From a virus, in the IMG/VR virus record IMGVR_UViG_3300006914_000163, positions 1-16,801 of that record: DNA of 16,801 nt; one strand, written 5' to 3'. Made by a program: the position numbers and the translations under genes. Below are positions 6,744 through 14,107 of this stretch, piece by piece. The notes under the pieces are model-generated. The model was not told the origin of the DNA. It made no database searches and saw only the letters and a program-made list of their open reading frames with translations. Position 1 is the first letter of the stretch. Each line of letters starts with the position of its first letter.

Positions 6744-7252
6744 CAGGAGATGGTCACCGTCGCGGTCAGGACCCAGGTCCCCGCTGACTTCGTCCCGAAG
6801 TCTTGCACCTTGCGGTTGAGCATGGTGCCGCTCGAGCTGGCGTTGAAGATCGCCCACTCGTTCCAGTGAAAGTTGGCGTCACCGCTGCCAAACGATGACT
6901 TGAAGGTGAGAGTCTGTCCGCTCCGAGAAGGGTAGGTCGCATCCATCGCCTTGCGGAGCTTGTTGGTCGATGCCTGGAGATCGGTCTGACCCGCCGAGGC
7001 CGCGGTCGTGCTGTCACCCACCCCGAGGTAGGCGTTCGCGTTGCTGAAGACGGTTCCGCCCGCACCGATGAGCAGATCCAGCATGAGTGCGATGCCCGCG
7101 TTGACGAGGATGTTCCCCTCGCCTTCTACCACCTCGTAGGGCCGGAACTGGCTGAAGAACTGATCTTCGCGGCCAGCCCAGAGGCCGATGTCCTCTCGGT
7201 ACTTCTCGACCCGCCAGGCGGTGCGGTGCTTCGCGACTTCGACTGCGTCCAT
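6743..7252 (-). CDS. Small beta-rich tail-tip protein, 169 aa, in the position usually held by the distal tail protein
   Basis: The ATG at 7252 has GAGG 5 nt upstream and lies 2 nt after the tape measure stop. The sequence (NILVNAGIALMLDLLIG...YLGVGDSTTAASAGQTDLQ...WNEWAIFN...MLNRKV) looks like a jelly-roll-type virion protein family I cannot name with certainty. Confidence 0.65.
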   Translation of the reverse strand: MDAVEVAKHRTAWRVEKYREDIGLWAGREDQFFSQFRPYEVVEGEGNILVNAGIALMLDLLIGAGGTVFSNANAYLGVGDSTTAASAGQTDLQASTNKLRKAMDATYPSRSGQTLTFKSSFGSGDANFHWNEWAIFNASSSGTMLNRKVQDFGTKSAGTWVLTATVTIS

Positions 7253-7254
7253 GC

Positions 7255-10200
7255 CTACCTCGTCGTTCTGAAGCCGAACTGCGAGGCTCGGCGTCCCATG
7301 TTGGTTTCGACAATACGCCCGACGCGCGTGGCGAGCTCGTCGAGATCGCGATCATCGCGGACCGAGTTGCCACTGATCGTGATGTAGATCGGCGAGAAGC
7401 TTCCACTCGCTCCGCCTCCGCTAGTGCCCATACCCACCGGGTAGGGCCGCGGATTGCGGATGACCGCCACCAGCTCCTTGCCAGCCTCGCCAGCGTAACC
7501 GAGCGAGGTCGGCTGCGTGACCTCACCCAGCATGCCAGCCGCATGGCCGCCCTCTCGCTGCTTGGCAGATGTATCACCGGGAATGCCGCTGCCGCCGCCT
7601 CCGCCGCCACCACCACCTCCGAAGAACCACGGCACCGAGGCACGGATCTCATCGAAGACCTTCTTCACCTGGTTGACGATGCCGACCGTGAACTGTCCCG
7701 TCTGCGTCATCAGGTCGGTCGCGAACTGTGCCTCGGCCTTGAGGTACTGCTCTTCGGCGGACGCCTGGGCTGAGATGTCCGCCACGAGCTGGTCGCGCTG
7801 GGCCGCGATGGCAGACTTGAGCTCCTCGAGCGCGGCCACCTCGACCTGGGTCTGGAACGCCTTCACCATCTCGGCGATCGCCGCAGCCTGGTCCGTGAAG
7901 GCCCGAGTATTCAGCGCATCCTGAAGCGCGACCTGGTTCTCAAACTGCTTCTTCGACAGCTCGTACTGCTGCTTGGCGAGGTCGAACTGCTGCTTCTGGA
8001 AGTCGAGCTGCTTCTGGGAGTAGTCCGCCTCGATCTTGGCCTCTTCGATGCGGGCCGCCCTCTCCTCCGGCGTGACTCCAGGCGCGGTGAAGCCCGCCAC
8101 CGAGCGCTGGAAGTTGATCTGGCGCTGCTGGAGCTCGAACTGGAGCGACTGCGCCTGCTGCCCGATGAGCTGGCTCTTGAAGGCGAGCTTCTGGTTCTGG
8201 CGGCCCAGCAGCAGGTCGACGCGCTGGAGCACGCCGATCTCCGTCCCACCGCTGCGACCGATCAGCCCCGCGATGTCGCCCAGCGTGCGCTTGGCGATGA
8301 AGAGCTGGTGGTTGTACTGGCTGTACTGGAGGTCGAGCTGGAGGTTCGCCTGCTTCTGGCTGATCTGGTCGATGCGCTGCCCGAAGCCGCGCAGCTCGTT
8401 GATCGTGCCCTGCGGTACATGAAGCGTGTCGCGCAGGACCTTCTCACCCTCGGCGGCCTTGGCATTGACCGCATCGATGGCGGCCTGGGCTTCGCTCCGG
8501 TAGCGGCTGAACGAAGCGATCGCCTCTGGCGGCACGCCCTTGAACTGGCCGCCGATCCCCGTGACCTGCCCCGGCACGTTGAGCTCGCCGCGGATTGTCT
8601 GAGGCAGGCCGCCGAATGGCAGCCGATCCGCGAGGTTGTTGAGCGGCACCACGCCACGACCAAAGGCCGCCTGCGGCTGCGCCAGGCTGCTCAGCGCACG
8701 CTGGGCGGGCAGGAAGGTTCGGAGCTGGAGGCCAAGATCGGCGTTGATCCCGGCCCGGATGCCGCGGAGCTGGTCCTGCTGGCCCGCGATGATCTGCTCC
8801 GGTGTCCGGCGCGCGGCAGCCTTGCCGAGCTGTTCGGTGAGCACCGTGACCGCGACGGCATCCTTCTTGACGTCGCCAGTGAGGCCCTGGAGCGCGATGC
8901 CGCTGTTCTTGGCGGCATTGGCAAACTCCTGAAGATCAGCCGCCTGGAGCGCAGCAAAGGTCTTGTCGAGATCGGCGCCTCGGTCTTTTACCGCCCGGAG
9001 TCCAAGACCGGCCGCCTTCACATCATTCTGGAAGGTCTGGAACGCGGTCACATTCGGCTTGAATCCCGGCGTGCCAGCGGGTCCCTTCTCGGGTCCAAAG
9101 ATGGGCTCCAGAAGCGCACGTATCTGGGTCTCGATAGGAGACCTAAGCGCCGTTTCCCCCGGTCCTGGGGGCGCTGTCCCGAGCCCCTGCCCCGCAAGAT
9201 CGAGCTGTCGTGCGATCGCTTCTTGGGTGCTCTGCACCGGAGCGAACAACGACGTGTTGAAGAGGCCACCGGAGGAGGTGTAAATGTCTGGGTTGGTACT
9301 GAACCGCGTCCGCCCCCCGCCTCGCGGACCGAGGTTGCCCGACTCCGCGTTCTGGATGTTGACGGCAGCGGCCGTTTCTTCCGTCCGCCCCTGGATCGCG
9401 AGTGCTCCGGCCTGCGTCTCAGCTCGACGCTGGAGGGCTGGGGCGAGCAGCGCCGCATTGGCCCTGGTCAGATTCTTGGTGGCGAGCTCCTGCTCGACCA
9501 GCATCTTGACGTTGCCGCCCTGCTGCTTCTGCTGCTCGGCCAGGTTGTTGGTGATGGCGGCGCTGACGTTCTGGTAGCCCAGCGACCGCTCCACGAGCGG
9601 CGACAGCGCCTTGAAAGCGAGGGCCGATGCACCAGCCACGGCGCCCAGCGCCGTGCCGAAGGCAAGCGTGCCTCCGATGGATCCGACGAGGCTCTTGCCG
9701 AGGTTGGCAAGCTTCTCGCCGCCAGTCAGGCGAGCGAGCTGGCTGGCCTGGTTGACGAGGCCCTGCTGAGCCTCCTCGTTGGAGGCAATACGCTTGCCGA
9801 TCTCCTTCTGGTCCTCGACCAGGGACGTGAGCAAGCCCTTCTCGACCTTAGTGAGCTTGCCGCCCTTCTCCTTCTTCGCGTTGATGTTGTCGAGCTGGGC
9901 GGCGTTGATCGACTGGAGCTTGTTGAGCCGCTCGGTGTCGGTGGCGAATCCGCCTGCCTGCGTCAACAGCTCTCCAGCCCGCTGGAAGCGAGCGGTGATC
10001 TTGCCCCGGCCACCGCCAGCCGCCAACTGCGCGACCGACGTTGCGAATCCGCGGATCGGGAGGCCCTGCCGTGCCTGAGCAAGCTGCTCCTCGACCGCCT
10101 GGCGAGCTCGATCAAGACCCGTGGGCTCGGCCGCCAACGGCGGGTTGAGAATGCCCTCGGCCTGCTCGGGTGTCAGGGTCCCCGCCTGGATAGCTCGCAG

Positions 10201-12153
10201 TGCCTCTGTGCGCGGCGTACCGGCAAGTCTGGCCTTCGGGGTAGCCGGTTGCTTCTTGCCGCCGCCTGGCGGTGTGACGCCGAGTTTCTGCGCCGCCTCC
10301 TGAACATCCTCGCGCGCCTGCTGGAACATGCGCTCGAAGTCCTTCGAGGTCGGCTGTACCCCTGCGGCGGCCACCGAGCCGCCCTGCTCGAATCCACCGG
10401 GCCAGTTCATCACCTCGACCGGCACCGGCCCACCGCCATGTCCGCCGAAGAATGGGATACCGCCGCCGCCACCGCCGCCCTCCACGGCTCCGGCCACTGC
10501 CAGATGCGGGAACTCGAACACCTGACCAGCAGGAGCGGCAGCCACCTCCGCGGGTGCCTCTGGGGCTCCGGCGGCCCATGGCATCGGTTCGGCGGGTCCT
10601 AGGGCAGCCGCGCGCGCGACATCGCGAGCCACACGCTGCCTCTGGCCGCGGCGGGGGCGCCTCGGGCGTGCGGCCGCTGTCGCCTGGGTCTGGCCCTCCA
10701 TGATCGCGCCTTGGAGGCTCTGGAGCACCTGCGCCTCGAGGACGAAGGCGGCCTGCGCCTCGGCGTGCGGACCGGGTCGAATCTCCTTGGTCGGATCGAG
10801 CGCGTTGGAGACGGTCCGCGGCCCAACGCCGGGGATCAGACCTGCCCTACCGCGTGCGAGAAGCTGGTCGAGCGCACCGCGGATCCCGGATCCCGCCTCG
10901 CCTGGCCCTACATGCCTGCCGAGCGCACCCGCGACGTCGCCCTTCTTGAGCGCAGCAAGCCCCTGCTCGAAGGCATCCCCGAACGTGAATGGCAGGCCCT
11001 TGATGGTGCGGACCAGCTCGTCCATGGGCGATGCCGTGCGACCGGCTGCCACGCGTTCGACACGCGCTGCACGGCGTCCTTCGATCTCTTCCGGAGTGAG
11101 ATCGAGGCCCGGCTGGAGGAAGGACATCTGAGTCCGCTGGCCGCGATCGCGTCCGCGGCGGTTCTCCTGGTAGGCGGTCCGACTGATAAACCGTCCGTTC
11201 AGGCCCCGGAACCGGCCCGTACCTTGATCGAGCCCCTCCTGCGGGAACTCACCACCAACAAAGGCAGGAGTGCTGAGCTGTCGCCGCGAGACGTTCTGGT
11301 AGAAGATCCGAGCGACCTTCTCCCAGTCAGTCGGACCTGTTGGCAGCCCGACGTTCGGCGAGATGAGCCCACCGCGGTTGGGTCGAGTGGGAGCCTCGGC
11401 AGTCGACGTAGCCGTGCCTCCCGCAGTGCGGGGCGCACCAATGACGCTGACGAACGGCATCGCGCCAAGCTGCTTGTCGATCTCCGCGAGTGCCTTGGCG
11501 GCCTTGGTCCGCGTCTGCTGCTTGTTCGCAGTGTTTGCACGCTGAAGCAGGACAACGCGGCTGTTCAGTAGCCGGTTCTCCCACTCGGTCTGTGCCTCGT
11601 CAGCTTGGCGCTGGAAGCTCGCCAGCCGGGTGCTGACGCCGCTCCGCACCCCCGCAGCCGTCCTGGGTGCCGAAGGGGGCGCAGCGGCCCGCGCAGGGCC
11701 TCCTGCGACGCTTCCACCGGGGGTGCCGCCGTGTCCGCCGAAAATCCCCGCTGCGGAGCCACCACCTGCCCATTGCGGGTTGAGGATGACCGTGATCTCC
11801 GGCGTGCCGATCGAGTCGACGATGGCCTGCCTGATCCGCTTCCCCTCGGCCTGGGTAATGGCCTTGATGGAGATTGGGACCGGCAGGCCACCCTCGCGGG
11901 CCATGGCGTCCTTGAAGTCGCGCCGGATGGTGCGGATCGTGTCGCGGGTGGGATGCAGGGCAACGTCGACCGAGACCCTGGTCTGCCGGATCTCCTTCAA
12001 GACCCGATCGACCGAAGCGTCCTTGACGACGGACAGCTTCATCTGAAGGGTCTTGTTCTCAAGACCCTTCACTGCCGTGTTGAACGCGTTCTTGATCTCG
12101 GAGGCGTCGGCCGTGACCTTGACGCCGATGCCCTTGATCTGTTCGCCCGCCAT
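7255..12153 (-). CDS. Tape measure protein, 1632 aa
   Basis: It is the largest ORF and lies immediately after the G/G-T chaperone pair. It has long Gln/Ala/Leu-rich helical stretches, an internal hydrophobic segment (LVGSIGGTLAFGTALGAVAGASALAFKAL) and a typical C-terminal block (GYAGEAGKELVAVIRNP...IYITISGNSV...LATRVGRIVETNMGRR). Confidence 0.9.
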   Translation of the reverse strand: MAGEQIKGIGVKVTADASEIKNAFNTAVKGLENKTLQMKLSVVKDASVDRVLKEIRQTRVSVDVALHPTRDTIRTIRRDFKDAMAREGGLPVPISIKAITQAEGKRIRQAIVDSIGTPEITVILNPQWAGGGSAAGIFGGHGGTPGGSVAGGPARAAAPPSAPRTAAGVRSGVSTRLASFQRQADEAQTEWENRLLNSRVVLLQRANTANKQQTRTKAAKALAEIDKQLGAMPFVSVIGAPRTAGGTATSTAEAPTRPNRGGLISPNVGLPTGPTDWEKVARIFYQNVSRRQLSTPAFVGGEFPQEGLDQGTGRFRGLNGRFISRTAYQENRRGRDRGQRTQMSFLQPGLDLTPEEIEGRRAARVERVAAGRTASPMDELVRTIKGLPFTFGDAFEQGLAALKKGDVAGALGRHVGPGEAGSGIRGALDQLLARGRAGLIPGVGPRTVSNALDPTKEIRPGPHAEAQAAFVLEAQVLQSLQGAIMEGQTQATAAARPRRPRRGQRQRVARDVARAAALGPAEPMPWAAGAPEAPAEVAAAPAGQVFEFPHLAVAGAVEGGGGGGGIPFFGGHGGGPVPVEVMNWPGGFEQGGSVAAAGVQPTSKDFERMFQQAREDVQEAAQKLGVTPPGGGKKQPATPKARLAGTPRTEALRAIQAGTLTPEQAEGILNPPLAAEPTGLDRARQAVEEQLAQARQGLPIRGFATSVAQLAAGGGRGKITARFQRAGELLTQAGGFATDTERLNKLQSINAAQLDNINAKKEKGGKLTKVEKGLLTSLVEDQKEIGKRIASNEEAQQGLVNQASQLARLTGGEKLANLGKSLVGSIGGTLAFGTALGAVAGASALAFKALSPLVERSLGYQNVSAAITNNLAEQQKQQGGNVKMLVEQELATKNLTRANAALLAPALQRRAETQAGALAIQGRTEETAAAVNIQNAESGNLGPRGGGRTRFSTNPDIYTSSGGLFNTSLFAPVQSTQEAIARQLDLAGQGLGTAPPGPGETALRSPIETQIRALLEPIFGPEKGPAGTPGFKPNVTAFQTFQNDVKAAGLGLRAVKDRGADLDKTFAALQAADLQEFANAAKNSGIALQGLTGDVKKDAVAVTVLTEQLGKAAARRTPEQIIAGQQDQLRGIRAGINADLGLQLRTFLPAQRALSSLAQPQAAFGRGVVPLNNLADRLPFGGLPQTIRGELNVPGQVTGIGGQFKGVPPEAIASFSRYRSEAQAAIDAVNAKAAEGEKVLRDTLHVPQGTINELRGFGQRIDQISQKQANLQLDLQYSQYNHQLFIAKRTLGDIAGLIGRSGGTEIGVLQRVDLLLGRQNQKLAFKSQLIGQQAQSLQFELQQRQINFQRSVAGFTAPGVTPEERAARIEEAKIEADYSQKQLDFQKQQFDLAKQQYELSKKQFENQVALQDALNTRAFTDQAAAIAEMVKAFQTQVEVAALEELKSAIAAQRDQLVADISAQASAEEQYLKAEAQFATDLMTQTGQFTVGIVNQVKKVFDEIRASVPWFFGGGGGGGGGGSGIPGDTSAKQREGGHAAGMLGEVTQPTSLGYAGEAGKELVAVIRNPRPYPVGMGTSGGGASGSFSPIYITISGNSVRDDRDLDELATRVGRIVETNMGRRASQFGFRTTR

Positions 12154-12158
12154 GGGCT

Positions 12159-12826
12159 TTACCTCACCCGCTCGAACGATTCAGTCTCCCAGGACGGGGT
12201 GTCCTCGGAGCCCTCGACCCACCAGCGCGGTGTGCCGTCGTCTGCCTCTTCTTCGTCCCGAGAGCCGCCATACGACTCCACCTTGCGGATCCAAAGAAGG
12301 TAGGCGCGATATTTCTTGTACTTCCGGGTGGGCCAGTGCGACACATCGGCCGCGCTGCCCACCTGCGGGAATGCCCGGGCGATCTCCATGAAGAAGATCT
12401 GGCCCCAGGTCAGGAGTTTGGGAGGTCTGGTCCCTCCGGCTTCTTCTTCGCGTCAGCAGCCGCGGCCTTGGCCTCGGCCTTCTTGCGATCGGCCTTCTCC
12501 TCGTCGGTCTCCATCTCGACGTAGTGCAGGCGACGCACGTCGTTCTGGACCCGGTTCACGACGGGGAACTTCTCCTTGCCCCAGGCATCGGGATTCAGCT
12601 CCTCACCGTCGACCCTGACCGCCTTGAGCGTCAGGAACTTGGTGAGCAGGGCCATGTCCGTGGTGCCCTCTTCCTCGTTGGTCGCCAGGCGCGCGGCGTC
12701 TTCGTAGTCGCCCGCCTCGACCTCGTTGATCTCATACAGCTTGCCGCGGATGTGGTAGCTGATGGTGCCTGGCTGCTCGACCTCTGCGAGCGTGGAGACT
12801 TCTTTCAGGTTGGTTCTACCGGCCAC
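12159..12826 (-). CDS. Tail assembly chaperone G-T fusion (about 222 aa) made by a -1 programmed ribosomal frameshift
   Basis: The downstream ORF (12159..12389 in the track) is in the -1 frame relative to gpG. That frame is open from 12452, so the two frames overlap over 12413-12452. The overlap contains C CCA AAC. The T-frame stop (TAA at 12159) lies 5 nt before the tape measure ATG. Confidence 0.65.
12410..12826 (-). CDS. Tail assembly chaperone (gpG-like), 138 aa
   Basis: The GTG at 12826 has GAAGGAG 7 nt upstream. The protein is acidic, lies directly upstream of the tape measure gene, and ends two codons after a slippery heptamer. Confidence 0.7.
   Translation of the reverse strand: MAGRTNLKEVSTLAEVEQPGTISYHIRGKLYEINEVEAGDYEDAARLATNEEEGTTDMALLTKFLTLKAVRVDGEELNPDAWGKEKFPVVNRVQNDVRRLHYVEMETDEEKADRKKAEAKAAAADAKKKPEGPDLPNS
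12416..12422 (-). promoter_or_regulatory. -1 frameshift slippery heptamer C CCA AAC (X XXY YYZ)
   Basis: The minus-strand sequence is ctC CCA AAC tcc tga in the gpG frame, with codon phase checked against the ORF coordinates. After a -1 slip the tRNAs re-pair on CCC AAA and reading continues ...LLTWGQIFFMEIARAF... Confidence 0.6.
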
Positions 12827-13140
12827 AGGTTCACTCCTTCTGACTGTAGGGTCCGACCTGTCAGCACCATTCGCTGGCCTTCGATCGGTTCTACCCGGAA
12901 CAGCTCTGAGCCCACCTTGATGGTGAGCCGCTTGGTGAAGCGCGGGTCGTCGTACAGGCCGCGATGCAGGTACGACAAAACGGCATGAAAGTGGTAGACC
13001 ACAGGCTTGCCCTGCTGCTGACCACTCTCATGCCGTTTCAGTACCCAATATCCGTCCTTGCCATCGAAACGTCCGACGACGGCGCCCATGGATGGGATCG
13101 ACACGTCTCCGTGTTTCCCACGAATCTGCCCGAAGGGCAT
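12805..13140 (-). CDS. Hypothetical protein, 111 aa, extra gene between the tail tube and chaperone genes
   Basis: The ATG at 13140 has AGGAGAAGG upstream. No TMD and no recognised motif. It overlaps the gpG start by 22 nt in another frame. It has somewhat more A/T-ending codons than the tube gene (about one third vs about one fifth in a 27-codon sample). Confidence 0.5.
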   Translation of the reverse strand: MPFGQIRGKHGDVSIPSMGAVVGRFDGKDGYWVLKRHESGQQQGKPVVYHFHAVLSYLHRGLYDDPRFTKRLTIKVGSELFRVEPIEGQRMVLTGRTLQSEGVNLWPVEPT

Positions 13141-13168
13141 TGGTCCTTCTCCTGTCGGAGTTGAGGTT

Positions 13169-13202
13169 GGGGGCGGAGACGTCCTGCTTCCCCTCCGCCC
13201 CC
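13169..13202 (-). terminator. GC-rich stem-loop downstream of the major tail gene (attenuator or RNA-stability hairpin; no U-tract)
   Basis: GGGGGCGGAG (13169-13178) is the perfect reverse complement of CTCCGCCCCC (13193-13202), with a 14-nt loop. It sits in the 76-nt gap between the tube gene stop (13217) and the next ATG (13140). Confidence 0.4.
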
Positions 13203-13216
13203 GTTGGCAGCGGCTC

Positions 13217-13642
13217 TTACAGGCCGCTCAGCACGGTCCAGGCCGCCGCAGCCCGGAAGTTGCCGCTGCACCGAATCGCGTCCGCGTTGGACGCGTTGAT
13301 CGAGCTGTCGAAGAGACCCGGCCCATGCGCGAGCAGGATCTCGAAGCCGTCCCGATCGTCGGCGTACAGGTAGACCGGCGTCTCGTCCTCGTCGGTCAGG
13401 TTGACCAGGAGGTCGCCCGACACATCCATGAGCCCTTCCCAGGTCCCGGAGACGTCCTTCAGGCCCGTGAGGTAGGTCTTGTTCGTGTCGCCAAAGGTGG
13501 TGGCCTCGACGTAGTCGCGGCCCAGGTTCAGGGTGTAGCCCGCCTTGGCTGCCACCTTGACCGCTCCCGGTCCACCCTTGGGGTTGTTCAGATAGATCGC
13601 CCCGTTCTTGCCGTGGATCTTCTTGCCTTCGTTGGCAGCCAT
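13217..13642 (-). CDS. Major tail (tube) protein, 141 aa
   Basis: The ATG at 13642 has GGGAG upstream. It lies between the terminator-like and chaperone genes. The block YTLNLGRDYVEATTFGDTNKTYLTGLKDVSGTWEGLMD matches the remembered TP901-1/Phage_tail_2-type tube pattern (...D.T.fGd....y..G..d.sg...G). Confidence 0.7.
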   Translation of the reverse strand: MAANEGKKIHGKNGAIYLNNPKGGPGAVKVAAKAGYTLNLGRDYVEATTFGDTNKTYLTGLKDVSGTWEGLMDVSGDLLVNLTDEDETPVYLYADDRDGFEILLAHGPGLFDSSINASNADAIRCSGNFRAAAAWTVLSGL

Positions 13643-13651
13643 GGTATCTCC

Positions 13652-14104
13652 CTACTCGTATTCCGCTTCCAGGTTGTTCTGGTCTACCCAGATGGAATAG
13701 GTCGCCCCCTTGCGAGCAACCTTCTTCCCCTCGGCATTCCGATCAGACGGGAGCGCGAGCTCCTCCGAGCGGCTGACGATTAGGGTGGTAAGCCCAGGGA
13801 CCGAGAGCTCACCGTCATCGAGCTCGTCGGTAATGAGCTGGTCGAGGGTTCTAGCCTCGTCCGGAACCATGGCGTAGGCGATGATGTCCCATCCCCCGAC
13901 CAACATCGCCGAGCCCCAGGCCCTCTCGATCGGGAGAAAGGCCGGGGAGTACACGATGTAGGGATAGACGATCGTCTTGCGCGCGTTGACTCCCTCGTGG
14001 ATGCCGCCGACGGCTGCGTCACTGATCGCGGTGTTGGCGCGAAGTTTCGCCACGAGGGCTTTCTCGACCGGACCGGAGGTTGGAGCGATGTTCCTCGGTG
14101 GCAT
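13652..14104 (-). CDS. Tail terminator / tail completion protein, 150 aa
   Basis: The ATG at 14104 has GGAGGG upstream. It lies immediately upstream of the tube gene, and its size and N-terminal pattern (ALVAKLRANTAISDAAVGGIHEG...YPYIVY) resemble DUF3168/gp17-like tail completion proteins. The call rests mainly on position. Confidence 0.55.
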   Translation of the reverse strand: MPPRNIAPTSGPVEKALVAKLRANTAISDAAVGGIHEGVNARKTIVYPYIVYSPAFLPIERAWGSAMLVGGWDIIAYAMVPDEARTLDQLITDELDDGELSVPGLTTLIVSRSEELALPSDRNAEGKKVARKGATYSIWVDQNNLEAEYE

Positions 14105-14107
14105 CGC

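Noticed and set aside
8308-10602. A 764-aa plus-strand ORF, plus many other long plus-strand ORFs (for example 4878-5525, 2787-3419, 10711-11571, 11605-12303, 13058-13783, 13997-14596, 15703-16215)
   Set aside because: All are antisense to a coherent, tightly coupled minus-strand operon with recognisable phage proteins. Their translations are Arg/Leu/Gly/Pro/Ala-rich low-complexity strings with no motifs or SD-linked starts. This is the expected stop-codon-poor antisense artefact of GC-rich coding DNA.
7255-12153. An embedded peptidoglycan hydrolase (lytic transglycosylase or M23 peptidase) domain in the tape measure protein
   Set aside because: I could not recognise catalytic motifs for these families while reading the sequence. 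The His-containing FGGHGG motifs are Gly-rich linkers, not HxH/HxxxD metallopeptidase sites. An HMM search would be needed to exclude this fully.
12440-12448. An AAG AAG AAG run as an alternative slippery site inside the G/T overlap window
   Set aside because: It does not fit X XXY YYZ in the gpG phase (G AAG AAG), whereas the canonical C CCA AAC lies 18 nt downstream in the correct phase.
12805-12880. Possible second -1 frameshift joining the 111-aa ORF to gpG (gpG is in the -1 frame relative to it, and that frame is open upstream of the GTG)
   Set aside because: No X XXY YYZ heptamer occurs in the 0-frame across the overlap. In addition, gpG has its own well-spaced GAAGGAG SD and GTG start. 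The phase relationship is probably coincidental.
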